The notes beneath the pieces are model-generated. The model saw only the letters and a program-made list of their open reading frames with translations, searched no databases and was not told where the DNA came from. A stretch of DNA of 63,873 nucleotides, counting the filler, from Phoronis australis (taxonomy: Eukaryota; Animalia; Phoronida), in assembly GCA_002633005.1 (NCBI GenBank). It is 8 parts of 8 records of this genome, joined end to end, with 100 filler letters (N's around TTAATTAATTAA, not from the genome) between each part and the next. Parts side by side here need not be neighbours in the genome. Positions count along the whole stretch, not along the records: positions 45,400 to 55,042 come from NMRA01001155.1; positions 55,143 to 58,975 come from NMRA01002816.1; positions 59,076 to 62,386 come from NMRA01003093.1; positions 62,487 to 63,873 come from NMRA01003927.1; 4 more parts are not named here. One strand, given 5' to 3'. Position 1 is the stretch's first letter. The number at the start of each line of letters is the position of its first letter. Shown piece after piece: positions 49,764 through 63,035 of this stretch. The position numbers and the translations under genes were made by a program.

Positions 49764-50644
49764 TCGATGAGTAATAACGATGAGCCTATTCCGCGGACAC
49801 ATAAAGTTCCGACACCAATCTGATGAACATCGGCGGTGTTATTCAATATCGGCCTACAGTTCACTGGGCGCTGCTATAATCAATATCCACCTGTAATCAC
49901 CCGATCGTCTGCCATATGCACGTCAACTTCCACTGCTCGGTCGACGTCAGATGTCATCATTCGTGGGGCCGATGACCGAGAAACGCATCGACATCGGATT
50001 AGCATCGCCTTTGCGAACTTTGAGAGAGACCGATACTCCACATCCGACAAAATCCGCGCCCAATCAGCGGTATTGGGTGCTAGTGACCAAAACATCACAT
50101 GAAATCGAAACTAGACCGATGATCAAAGAGTTCTCCTCAAACAACACAATGTGAGAAAATTGGCTGGTTGCCACGAAAAGTTTAGCTTCGCCCGATCATG
50201 CACAGATTGGTACAGTTGTAAGTTATGACAACCACACCCGCTGATAATCTCCAAATAATTGCCTTACGATCTGCAGACATGGACATTTTATTGGAAAACT
50301 CGTCGGTTCGTTGTCGGCAGCTTTACTTGTTTATGACCGGAATTGGACGATGTGCAGTCGGTCAGTTCGAGCGATTATTCGTCCAATTGGAAGTAACATA
50401 CTCCTTCAAAATAACTGTCAACCATATTCTGGTCTCAAAGCAAAAACATAAGCGGATTTGTTTTTCGTCATCATTTCTTAAAGTTGTTTGTATTCAAACT
50501 GGTTGTAACGAATCGCTTGGAATTGCTCTGACAATGGTACCGTGTTGGTGGCTCAGACCCGCCGTGTCAAGTAAGTGAATGGGTGTTGTCGGAAGCTATA
50601 ATGACTCATCTATACTGCTGAAACCTGCAGATCAAAATGTGCCC

Positions 50645-50945
50645 CGTTCTTAGGGGTGCCAGGAAAGGAAAAGAGGAAGGCCATCGGTGTTCTAAGCGAG
50701 CAAGCGGAGAGGGCGTCGCAGTGGATATGGAAGAAGAGGAACAAGCTGTGGTACAAGAAGACCAGGGGAAGTGGGCAGGCTTGTGATGCTGCATCAGTGA
50801 AGTATTAGGAGAGACGAGACGAGCCATACAGTCCTGGACCGAGCCTGATCAACTCGGATGGCGCACCTCCAGAGGTCATTGTAGACAGCGCCGATACGGC
50901 TGAGGACGGAGAATATCCACCTGAAGAGGACTGGCGCCAATGACA
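50645..50945 (+). mobile_element. 5'-truncated 3' end of a Hero-like (RLE) non-LTR retrotransposon
   Basis: LGVPGKEKRKAIGVLSEQAERASQWIWKKRNKLW resembles the recalled C-terminal AE.AS.W.W.KR...W motif, followed by a GC-rich 3' UTR. Confidence 0.55.
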
Positions 50946-51729
50946 TATTAGATCGTTTAAAGGTAAAAGTAAGTTCTAAAAACTTGCTTTTGTTTGGCAG
51001 ACGAAACAGCGGCTCAGTGCTCGACTTGGAATGTTTCAGGCAGTCGTCAGACAGCAAGCATAACCGTTATCGTTTTCTTTATCTGTCATCGGACTACGCC
51101 TGTCAATACGTCATCGGCTGATTAGATGATGCACAATATCAGTTAGCGAGGACGGTGAAGTATTTGATGCGCAAATTATCAAAACACAAAAGTTCTGGAA
51201 ACTGGCTACAATATTTCTCCTGGCCTGAGGCTGTAGAGGTGACTGGCTCCTTTTTCTGGTTATTGACGATTGACTAATTTCAAGGAAAATTTCATAGCCC
51301 CTGGTCTTGTGTTCCCTATTAGCAATTCTGCCATGGTTCTGAATCATGAGTAGGACAACCTAACGTTATACAGGGCCTTATCGACAAGTGCATGCATATG
51401 CATAACGAATAGAAAGTCTACAGACTTTCAGATTCAGAGCAACCAGCCATTAATTCGGTCACGTGACCATGCCTTTTTGGTACAGGTTTAAGTAGATTCT
51501 TCAGAGCAAATCGACGGCATTGATAAGAGGAGCAAAATCCGTTAGTCAAGATATAAACGTTCATGCTGATATCTCAAAAAAATTATAGTCCGGGAGCCAA
51601 ATGCTGTTTTTTACTTAAAATGGATTTGCCGGATAAAGTTTTTTCTTTGCTGTTTCATGTAGCCTATGCATATTTAATCATTATTTAGGGGGTTGACCGT
51701 TCCCAACCCTTGAGTATTTTTTAAAAAAA

Positions 51730-54700
51730 GCAAATTAAGGTCGCCATTATGCAAAATTCTATTTTTGCTGATAATTTCCTCACCAAGCATTGCATTCAGG
51801 TAATTTTGACATTTTTACCCGTGTTTTCATGGTCAACGAATTTAATAGTGCAAGTTTTTTTGGTGATACATTGTCAATTTGCATAATTTATGCAAATTAA
51901 GGCCGTCATTATGCAAAATCCTATTTTTGCCCATAATTTCCTTATCAAGCACTGCAGGCAGGTTATTTGGATGCTTTCACCCATGTTTCCATGTTTTTGG
52001 GTGGATACATCGTCAATTTGCATAATTTATGCAAATTAAGGCCGCCATTATTCAAAATTTTTTCTTGATCTAAAAGCCATGGCACCAATCATCACATCTG
52101 ATTTATCATGATATTTGCACCTATGTTTCTATGGTCAATTAGTTTAATGAAAAATCAGTTTGCATGTTGTTGTGTGATAAATTTGCATAATTAATGCAAA
52201 TTAAGGCCGCCATTACTCAAACTTTTTACTTGATCTAAAAGCCATGGTACCAATCATCACATGTGATTTATCATGATATTTGCACCTATGTTTCTATGGG
52301 CAATTAGTTTAATGAAATCAGTTTACATGTTGTTGTATGATAAATTTGCATAATTAATGAAAATTAAGGCCACCATTATTCAAAATCATGTTTCGCTTAA
52401 ACGCCCTTACCAAACACTTCAGACAGGTTACTTTAATGTTTTCACCCATGCTTCCATGGTCAGTGCATTTAATGGACCTCCTTTGCTGGTAGATACATCG
52501 TGAATTTGCAGATTAATATATGCAAATTAAGGCCGCCATTATTCAGAATTCTACTTTTGCTTACAGCTGGAATATCAGGCATCTCAAGTAAACTATTTCA
52601 ACGTCTTTACCCAATGTTTCTGTGAAATCATTTGGCAAGTTGTTGCATTTTGAATTTTCATAATTTATACAAATAAAGAACATCGGTATTCCAAATATTG
52701 TTTCTGCTCATAATTTCCTTACGGGTATTACATGTAGATTATTTTCGAATTTATCTCATGCTTTCATGGTCATCATGAATTTGCATAATTGATAACTTAC
52801 ACAAATTACAGCTGTCATATTCAAAATTCTACTTGTGCTTATATCTGCTGCATCAGACACAGAGGTTAGTTATAAATATTTGCACCCATGTTTCAGTGGT
52901 TAATGAACTTAATGAAATCTGTTTGCTGGCTGTAGCATAATAAATTTGCAGAATCTCCTTTTTGATGATGACGTACGAAAATATTTGGTGTAGTGTGTGT
53001 TCTGTAGTTTTGAGACCTTAAAAGATGTTGACTACGCTCCCACAGACCATAGAAAAAACGCAGATTAGTTTAATGACTTGGGTGAATGCTGGAATGGGGA
53101 TCGGAGCGATCGCAGTTTATTGGGACTACATTGATGAGATACGAATACAGTAGTGAAGGAATACTAAGGATATGCCTTCAAAGAAGAGACTCTTAAGTTT
53201 TGGGCACAAGTTGCCATTTGCCCGACAAGATTGAAACAGATCTTGGAGAGATGGAGAGCGGTCAACATTAGATCGTGTACTAATACCTATCACAGGGAAG
53301 AAAGTAAGGCACGTCTTGATGCACATGCCCAGGATATTGCACAAATCCGTCAAAAGTAGATACCAGCATCGATCTATTGGATCCCAAGGTCCATTCCAAA
53401 GACGCAGTAGCGAATATTAGCAGTGGCAGGATTGCTACTCCAACAGTTAATGCATATGAAACAATAAGCATTGGACAGGCAATGTTATCATACTTCGAGA
53501 AAGGCTAGCAGTATGTTAGGAACATCAGTAGGTAATCACTGATGAAGATCTTTATTCCTTAATATAGTACAAGGACACTGGAAACATCCCACGAAGAACC
53601 TAGGTCCATTATTGTGCAACAGGACGTTAAATGTGCATATGGTTGTTTCGGATGACAAAAATATATTTGTCCTTCATCTGCATTACTGAGACAAGGAACA
53701 GCTTCAAATACCACAACCATGAAATCACCTAATAAGCGCAGAACAGTCGTAGACATACAGGTAAAGTTAACACTGGAAACATGTAGCGATAGTCTCCTTC
53801 CTGCCCATGCGCTGTAGGGGTGTAACCCGGTGGCTTTCTACTGTGGAGCTGGAAAGGGATCAATCGTTAAAATATTGAAGGCTGGACATGACCTGCCTCC
53901 CATCGGCACATTTAATGCACATTTTTCTGATATCATGAAACAGGCCACTAAATGTATGTGTGCCTGTTATGGAATGAAGAGAAACAGGAAGATGTCAGGA
54001 ACCAGACTACTGGTATGGGCAAGAGAAAAGGCAAGAAATATATATATATATCTGCCCCAAACTGTCATCGACAACAGAGGCATTCTCAGAGAATGTAAAC
54101 GTAAACAGATACCATTACCAGTCAGTCATGTGGTGGAATGTCACTAGATCCATAAGACTACGGATGGAAGAAAGATGCCATAAACAAATCCCTCTCACCA
54201 TCTATAAATCAGCATGATGTCCAACTCGCTCCTATTGCAAACTGGTCTTGAGGTGTGACTGCAAAGATCAGATTCCACGAAATTCAAGTGGAAACAATTT
54301 CAGTGTCAATTTTCTACTCCTTACAATATTTCGGGCATGTTATACTGCAGTGTGCTCACGTTCCAAGTATTGAATTAGCATTTGAAACGTCTTGTGACTG
54401 GTCTCCATTAGATAAGCTGTGTCCTGGGTTTATGCAATAAAACAATTCGGTCATCTACTACATATACCGTGGGTATCAGACAAAACTAGAATTTGTAATG
54501 TTGTGTAATGTTGATGTAATAACAGATTACATTAAATTCATCAGTAAAAATACCAAAATAATTTACATGTAGTGCCCCCGTAAGAAAGTTACTAGCAGAA
54601 ATAGAATTTTTAATAATGGCCTCCTTTATTTTCATAAATTATGCTAATTGCAAACTGATTTCATTAACCTAGTTGACCATAGGAACATAGGTTCAAATAT

Positions 54701-55042
54701 CATGAGAGTTTACCTGTGGTGCTTGGTCCCGCAACCATAAGCACAAGTAGAATTTTGAATAATGGCGCCATTAATGTGCATTAGTTATGAAAAATTGCAT
54801 TAATTATGCAAATTTATCATACAACAATATGCAAACCGATTTCATTAAACTAATTGACCAAAAGAATATAAGTGGAAGTATCATGATTGTTCATCTGTGG
54901 TGCATAAATTATGCAAATTTACAATATATTCACCAAACAACTTGCCCTGTTAAATACGGTGACCATGGAAACATGCGTAAAAACGTCACAATTATCTGTC
55001 TGCAGTGATTGCTAAGGAAATTATATGCAAAATTAGAATTTT
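51730..55042 (+). mobile_element. Decayed, internally deleted Academ-like DNA transposon (XPG-nuclease type)
   Basis: Arrays of TTGCATAATTTATGCAAATTAAGGCCGCCATTAT on the left (51730-52950), inverted on the right (54600-55042); broken coding motifs TSHEE..IIVQQ (about 53585), LLPAHAL*GC.PVA..G.GK (about 53795-53860) and DYGW (about 54155). Termini not located; right end is cut by a gap. Confidence 0.6.
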
Positions 55043-55254
55043 NNNNNNNNNNNNNNNNNNNNNNNNNNNNNNNNNNNNNNNNNNNNTTAATTAATTAANN
55101 NNNNNNNNNNNNNNNNNNNNNNNNNNNNNNNNNNNNNNNNNNTAAGATAAGTTAAAAGCTTAGGCAAGGACAAAGAACAACTAGCCAGCTGGCTGTCTGA
55201 AGACTAACATTAAAATACAGCTGGGAATCGTGTGTTAACTTCATGTAGACATCG

Positions 55255-56025
55255 AAATTTCACACTGCCCAGTTAGTTCTGCTCATCACCTCTTAGTGAA
55301 ACTTATATCAACATGTAGAGGTAGATGAAGACTTTTTTTTTTTTTTAGATGAAGACTTGCATCAAAATGTGAATTAGAACCGCGATGTCTTAATTTCACA
55401 TAGACCTCAAAATTTCACACTGCCCTGGTAGTTCTGCTTGTTAACTCATTGTGAAACTATATCAACATCTAGAGTTAACAACTGACTGGAGTGCATGCAA
55501 AATCTGAGTCGACCGACACTCACCTTGCCCGTTACAGCCATTTAAGTGAAAAAAAACTAATAAACCTTATTTCTTGCAAAGTTCTCTGGCATTTCTATCA
55601 GGAAAAGTGTGTTGTCGACTTAAAATAATATGCTTGTGACACGCTCACAAGCCATTTGGTAATTTTTACAACATTTTTGGGAGATGTTGACAGCTTCGTC
55701 GAAGCAAAAGTTGTTCAGAAATTCAGTTTGTTGGTACTTTAAAACAATAAAAACTTATAACAAAAGGACACTAATTACGATTATGTATGTTACCATGTGG
55801 ATCAAAGAACAGTTGATAAAAGATTTGGTAAAGAAAGAATTTGTCCAATATATGTTATGGCGCTGAAAGCCAATGCGTAAGATTGCCCTACAAATTTTGC
55901 TGTAGAATAGTGTTAGAAAAACACGTTTTGTAGCACTGGCAAGTAAGTTAGTTTACTAAAGGAAAATGTAATTTTTAATAACATCAATTTTGTGTCAGAT
56001 TTTATTTGGCCAGTTTTAGCCACAT
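55255..56025 (+). repeat. Unclassified dispersed repeat (copy of 26420-27045)
   Basis: Collinear shared blocks with 26420-27045. Confidence 0.75.
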
Positions 56026-57179
56026 TGGTCCATGATTTAGAGATCCAGGTAATTACTGAGTCACGGTCCCATCAGTTAATAGAAGAAACTGGTTCTCTTA
56101 ATCAGGGACCACTGTATTTGACCAGTGTCTCCAATTTCTGACCACTGACTGTCGGATGGAGAGGTCTCTGATCTAGAGAAACAAGTCCATTAGTGGATGA
56201 AACTGCATTATTTTCTAAATCGTGGACCACTACATCCAAGCAGTCCTGATACAACCTGTGTCTGAGCCTGACCCAGATTACCTATTGTGTATGGGTTATT
56301 CAAGAGACTTCAAAATACAAGAAAAATACCTCTAGTTTTTTATGAAGGAGTACTTCAGGAAACGTCTACTTACTGTGAAACGTATTTACCAGAGAAACCT
56401 ATTTTGCATGACACCGGGGTACAGTTGGAAATATTTTGCCAATTGATAAATGTTGCTGGGAGCTGACGATAACTTTTGAGTGAAAACATAACCAGAAAGC
56501 CCAACAAGTTCAGATTTGTCTGTCAACAGACTTTGTTATTTTTTTATTTTCCGTGGTCCTTCATGTGTTAAAAGTTGTTCTTTGACCTCCATGTTCCTTA
56601 TGGCCAAGGTCACAGCTTATTTTTGGTCACCTGACCCATAATTTGCAGTCTTGGCAGTGTATGTATATCCAATCTGTTATTCTTAGGTAACTGTTCCCAC
56701 TGTTCATTCTTTTTATTCTACCAATCGCATGTAAATTAGTTGAATATTCCTGTTACAGAATCATTGCATTCAGCGTCCACTGGCAATGTATAGCTTAATA
56801 GTTTTGATGATAGTTTTCGAGACACGAGTGGCTAAAGATAGCTGGGTATGTTAATAGCACAAACTTTGTTAGTGGAAGCTGTAAATTCACAGCGACACAT
56901 TCTGGTATATCATGTATGTTAGGAGATTTAATCTACAAATTGCTCTTTCCCCTGGCTAAATCATCAGTCACATTGCTATAAGAACCATTCTTTAAATGGT
57001 TTCAACGCGAATAAGCAAAGCACTTTGAAATCAAGGTTTCTTTTTGACATTTCATTTATCAATAAAAATGTGAACTAGACATTTGTTGTGACAGCATCAT
57101 TGAGCCTTTCTGTCGTGTGTACATGCTGCACTTCTTATCAGTCTGAGTGAGTGATATGTGCAGAAACTTGTGTGTGCTT

Positions 57180-57484
57180 ATTTGGACATGTGCTGAAGTG
57201 AATGAACACTGTATTGTCATAGATTTGGACATGTGCTGAAGTGAATGAACACTGTATTGTCATAGATTTGGACATGTGCTGAAGTGAATGAACACTGTAT
57301 TGTCATCGATTTGGACATGTGCTGAAGTGAATGAACACTGTATTGTCATAGATTTGGACATGTGCTGAAGTGAATGAACACTGTATTGTCATAGATTTGG
57401 ACTTGTGCTGAAGTGAATGAACATTGTATTGTCATAGATTTGGACATGTGCTGAAGTGAATGAACACTGTTTTGTCATAGATTT
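57180..57484. repeat. 43-bp minisatellite x7
   Basis: ATTTGGACATGTGCTGAAGTGAATGAACACTGTATTGTCATAG. Confidence 0.95.
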
Positions 57485-57556
57485 CTCTTTGACGTTATAT
57501 GTGTTGTAGCTCCCAAGGCTACAATGTTTTAAGTGTAAAGTATTTTTACATTTCAG

Positions 57557-57690
57557 CTTTCTCAGCACATCAACGCCATGTCAGAGTGAAGGAAACTGGC
57601 TGAGCAGGCTGTGGGTTCGCTCAATTGAGCCTGTCAAAGACCCACATTCAAGATTACTGTCTGACCTAGATGATGTCTATGAACTCCAAG
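57557..57690 (+). CDS. NIPSNAP: NIPSNAP1/2 (GBAS)-like mitochondrial protein, internal exon
   Basis: tttcag acceptor, gtgggt donor; FLSTSTPCQSEGNWLSRLWVRSIEPVKDPHSRLLSDLDDVYELQ resembles NIPSNAP EGSW..LFV.K.DPRKDAHS.LL. Confidence 0.85.
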
Positions 57691-57849
57691 GTGGGTTTTT
57701 GTAGTCCCCAAATTGTTAATGTCGAAGGTCCTTTTGTTTTGTGGAGTTCTTGTGTTACATAAGAGATTGCTTTTTTCTTAGGGCAGCAGTTCTTGTTACA
57801 CATTATGTTTGCTTTTGTCTGCAACATGAGGATAAAATTGACGATCAAG

Positions 57850-58240
57850 GTTTCATAAAATTCCATCTTTATTACAAGTACTCGGCGTTTCACAACTTCC
57901 ACTGAGCTGTATTATCAGGAAATGAATACACGCAATATGCAATCTGCTTGGCGGGAAAATTACGGAGACTTTGAGTAACTGGATGTCACATGGTGACGAC
58001 ATTCTGTTGTGTTGGATTTGTGTTCTAAAATTTTGAAACTTTTACAAACAGACGGAATTTAAAAGCATCGTGATCTGTTATTAAAATCTATCTTTTGACC
58101 AATATCTATCAAATGGCTATTACAAGAATTGTTTTTATCCTTAGAATGATCATTAAGTCTAAGTTTTGAAACCGGACAAGTTATGCTGATATATAATGCA
58201 TTACAGTCAATACAGCTCAAACAATGCACTTTATTAGATC
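57850..58240 (-). mobile_element. Penelope-like element relic (GIY-YIG C-terminus plus pseudo-LTR)
   Basis: Minus strand reads LSCIDCNALYISITCPVSKLRLNDHSKDKNNSCNSHLIDIGQKIDFNN, followed by CTGATAA-stem-GAAAC and AATAAA. Confidence 0.6.
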
Positions 58241-58707
58241 ACTTCCATGTCGGTGTCGGGAATATTAGGATCTATTAAGTGATACTGAGGGGGAGTAAAT
58301 ATTGTGTCAGCACTTGTGAAAACTTATTAGGAGCGGGTCCTGTTGTTAGAATAGGGTACTTTTCTCCTTAATTCAACTTGGCAATATGTTGGAAAAGTTG
58401 GACTTTATTATGACAAAATTTTTACCCAAACGAAACACTTAGAAAACATCACCTATTCTAAGTTTGTTTTGGTCGACACAAGACGTGTTAAAAACAAGCT
58501 TTATGACATTTTGATCACTAGAAACAGTTAGACAAATTTGGCAAGTATTTAGTGCAAAATAATAAGAATTGCATTAATCCATCGTATTAATTATGACAAC
58601 TTACGTACTGGTGACTTGTTAACACTTTACCAGCCCTGTTAAACTAACAATGAATGCACACTTTCTTGGCTGTTTGTGTATGTTAATGAGCGCTTTACTA
58701 TTTTCAG

Positions 58708-58753
58708 TGCACTGTGTCAAGCCAGAAAACATGTTGGAATACCTGCAACAATA
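58708..58753 (+). CDS. NIPSNAP: NIPSNAP1/2-like, next exon (46 nt)
   Basis: ttttcag acceptor, gtaagt donor; (V)HCVKPENMLEYLQQ, compare FHNVKPE; phase-compatible with the previous exon. Confidence 0.85.
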
Positions 58754-60399
58754 GTAAGTCAGTGTTGAGTTTTTAGTGCGGTCTGGAAAAGAGGGAAAAT
58801 GAAGTGGTACCCGCAGGGCTTGGAATTCTCCTCTTTTATGTGTTCGATTTCCTCTTAATATTTGACTTCCAATTAACTCTTTTTTGTCTCTTTTTTCATT
58901 ATTTTGACTTTATTCATGTAAAAATATCTATTTCAGTTAAATTTTACAACTCAAAAAATATTTTTATCGTGCAAANNNNNNNNNNNNNNNNNNNNNNNNN
59001 NNNNNNNNNNNNNNNNNNNTTAATTAATTAANNNNNNNNNNNNNNNNNNNNNNNNNNNNNNNNNNNNNNNNNNNNTTTCATTTAGTCTTATATGTCCGTG
59101 AGGAACTGTATGTTATCACCAAGTCCTTTGACGCACAAGGCTCCGATTTATTTAAAATAGTAGCACTAGATTAACACAGTAGGAAAATTAAGACATAGTA
59201 AATACTTAAAAATAAGTAAACAAACTTTGAGTCTGTTTACCCGGTCTAATGTGGAAATGTGCATGTGCAAACAGAATCATTTCACCCGCAGGCAAGGGAA
59301 CAGTGCAAAACTTGCGCAATGGAATTACATGTAAAGCAAATCTTTTATTTATCTCTCGACTCTTGCATCAATATTTATCCAACCATGGAATGTTGGCATT
59401 AACATTGTACACGTATTTTAAAACTTAAATGGCATGGGAGAAAATATGCTACGCATATATTTTCCTTAGGTTCACTCTGCTGAACCGGTTTTATTCTATG
59501 ATTTGGACCCAATGTAAGACTTAATTCTAATTTCAAACACGGAATTGCTCACTAACTGTTACACATAAACCGTGTTCACTGGTTGCTAGTGCTTTCTAAG
59601 AAAAAATGTGCGAGTGCAGCAACTCGTTCTGTGCAACATTTTTTCACAGTACGTTACACCTATTAGTTGGCATAACTTTAAGGTACATATATCCACAAAT
59701 ATTGGCAACGCATCTTTAAATACTGATTAACACTGAAAGAATCTCTGCCTGTGTTTTGTTAAATTGTTTAAATTAACATTTCGCATAAGTTGACATTTCC
59801 ACTTTAATTAACTATGTAACATAGTTTTTTACATGCATCGGTTGTTGTTAGCATTGAAAACACAATTCTTTATTCTTAATAATTTTTACGATCTTGATTT
59901 TATATTAGCGTCGCATGAGAATTTAATATCAATAAAGTGTGTGCCATCTTCGAGTGGGATGCTTTCTATGTTGTTTTTTCAGCATATTGGTTGCGACTCA
60001 AGAAAACTGATTCGATACCACGCTGTACGAAGCTTGTACAGTAAATGTCATGGCGTACAGTGTGTTGATAAAACACCACCGCTAGAGAATCAAAAGCAGA
60101 CGGAACAAAACACAAATAGTAGAGGAAAAGTGACTTAAAATGAATCCACTCTTTCTGTCTCAGCATGATCCAAGGGTATTTTACATGGAATTGTATTGTG
60201 AACGTTATTAAGAAAGCATCAGAAACATTGCTTGAATTAATAATGGCTATGTACGTTCATTGTAGCAAGACATTGTCGTGTCCTAGTATGGACAAATTTG
60301 CGATACTAATTGCATTGTGAAAATGGCGTTGCGTTGATTTTGGTACAGTAATTTGTAGTTTTAAATTTAACTAACGGTATGTAGTATATTATTTCTGTG

Positions 60400-61600
60400 A
60401 GAAGAATAGTGGGATCCAAAATCTGTACAGAAGTGCTTAAATGTAAGCCAGGTAATTTTAGAACTTGTACAGATATGCTGAAATATAAGCGGGTTTTATG
60501 TGACACTTGTGCTTAATTTTAGGTCAGAGTGGGAGCTGACGATTTCAGAACATGTACATATTATATGCTTAAATTTAAGCGGAATTCCATCTTGCTTACA
60601 ATGGTGCTAAATTTTAAGCCAGAGTAGGAGATAGCAATTTTGAAAGTTGTACAGCTATCCTTAAATTTAAGCGGGATTAATGTTACACTTGTGCTTAACT
60701 TTAAGCCAGATTAGGAAATGGCGATTTTGAAACCAGTACAGCTTTTCTTAAGTTTAAGCGGGATTTATGTTACACTTGCGCTTAATATTAAGCCAGACTA
60801 GGAGATGTCGATTCCAGAACTTTTACAGCTATTCTTAAATTTAAGCAGGATTTGTTACTTACACTTGCAAATTTTATGCTTGAGTGGGAGATGGCGGTTT
60901 TAAAACTTGTACATCTATTCTTGATTTTAAGCGGGATTTATGTTACTTACACTTGTGCTTTATTTTAATCCAAAGTAGGAGATAGCGATTTTGAAACATG
61001 TACAGCTATTCTTAAATTTAAGCGGGATTTATGTTACACTTGTGCATAATTTTAAGCCATATTAGGAGATGACAATTTTGAAACTTGTACAGATATTCTT
61101 AAGTTTAAGCGGGATTTATGTTACACTTGCGCTTAAGTTTAAGCCAGACTAGGAAATGGCGATTTTGAAACGTGTACAGCTATTCTTAAGTTTAAGCGGG
61201 ATTTATGTTACACTNTTTAAGCGGCATTTATGTTACACTTGTGCTTAATTTTAAGCCAGATTAGGAGATGACAATTTTGAAACTTGTACAGCTATTCTTA
61301 AGTTTAAGCGGGATTTATGTTACACTTGTGCTTAATATTAAGCCAGACAAGGAAATAGCGATTTTGAAACTTGTGCAGTTCTTCTTAAATTTAAGCAGGT
61401 ATTATGTGGGTGAGACTTGTGCTTAATTTTAAGCCAGAGTAGGAGATGTTGATTTCAGAATTTGTACAGATATGCTTAAATTCAAGCGGGGTTTATGATA
61501 CTTACACTAACCTTGTGCTTAATTTTAGGCTCGAGTAGGAGATGACGCTTTTAAAGATTGCACAGATATTCTTAAACTTAAGCGGTATTGATGTTACTTG
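60400..61600. repeat. ~76-bp satellite array, about 15 diverged copies
   Basis: TTAAGCGGGATTTATGTTACACTTGTGCTTAATTTTAAGCCAGA.TAGGAGATG..GATTTTGAAACTTGTACAGCTATTC. Confidence 0.9.
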
Positions 61601-62486
61601 TTTCATTATTTATCAAAATCTGCCTATAAAATCGTGACTTTGGACCAAAAGAGAAAAGTTTAAATTTTCAGAGGAACCGGTTATATGTGGGCGCATAAAA
61701 ATGAAATTAAATTAATTCTATCATTACACAACAATTATTATTGCTTTCTGCACCATATAGGGCTCATTCAAGTGAGTCCATCGTTTGCATGGCATCCACT
61801 AGTAGTCTATTCTCCTTTTCCACGAGTTTTCTATGACTTTTCCAGGAAAAAATTGCATTTTCTAGGAATTATTTTTCCCGTAGAAACGTAGATATTATCA
61901 AATAGTTACTTTTGTTAACCTTCTTTTAGTTATGGAACGGAAATTTTAGTTATGGAATGGGAATGCTAGTTTTCCGGGCACGGACATTATATTTATCATC
62001 CTGAGGCTCTGCAAGCCATCCACATGATTGAGTGAGCGCCAGGTTATGAAGGACGCTACAACAATGTCAAAATTTTGCTAACTTCAGAACATCATATCTC
62101 TGACATGGTGGATTGAATTCATGTTAAACTTTCGGATACAATGTTACGGATGACTTTCAGTTAGGCGAAAGTTTGCTGACTGTGTAAGCATTGATGATTT
62201 CCACTGGGGGCGCTGTGTTTTTACTGCGTCTCTTCTGACCCTGTGACCGGATTAGGATTAATTTGCCTGCAACTTTAGACACAAACAGATATGCCGTGTT
62301 GCTACAGATATGCTATATAAGTTCTTTACAACTTGAATACTACATATACACAGGTATACACACCCTGACTACCGACCCACATCTCTNNNNNNNNNNNNNN
62401 NNNNNNNNNNNNNNNNNNNNNNNNNNNNNNTTAATTAATTAANNNNNNNNNNNNNNNNNNNNNNNNNNNNNNNNNNNNNNNNNNNN

Positions 62487-62642
62487 GTGGCAATATTGTA
62501 GGTAGGTATAGTGTCTGGCCTTAGGTAACAATGAGTGGCAGTATTGTAGGTAGGTAGTGTCTGGTCTGAGGTAACAATGAGTGGCAGTATTGTAGGTAGG
62601 TAGTGTCTGGTCTGAGGTAACAATGAGTGGGAGTATTGTAGG
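62487..62642. repeat. ~44-bp minisatellite at a gap edge
   Basis: GTGGCAGTATTGTAGGTAGGTAGTGTCTGGTCTGAGGTAACAATGA-type units. Confidence 0.85.
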
Positions 62643-63035
62643 TTTGCAGTCTTGCCTAATGACACGGAATTTTGTGATGTAGTAAATTAATTAGACTGTC
62701 TGCTGTTTGTATCTTTGGCACTTGCTGGTAGTCTACATTGCATGTTTATGAAGTATTCCATGTGTATTTAAACACAAACGATAAACATTGTGTTGGTTCA
62801 AAGCTCTATAAATCAGCCAGGACTCCCGTCTAATCATGCTCTCCGCAACCATAAAAATGAATAGATGTAGTTGCTCGTCTTAAGCTCTCCGTATTGACGG
62901 CCCAAACCACAAGCTTTTCTCTCAAATACCATGCGTGGACATCTGCATATCAATAGATGACATAACAACAGGCGACTGATTTGGCATTTGAACATGAATA
63001 TCTAACATTTCTAACGGGCAGTAGCCTGTTCTGTC

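Noticed and set aside
50840-50940. Hammerhead-like CTGAAGA in the Hero-like 3' UTR
   Set aside because: The partner GAAA is absent (GATA) and I could not build stems I-III.
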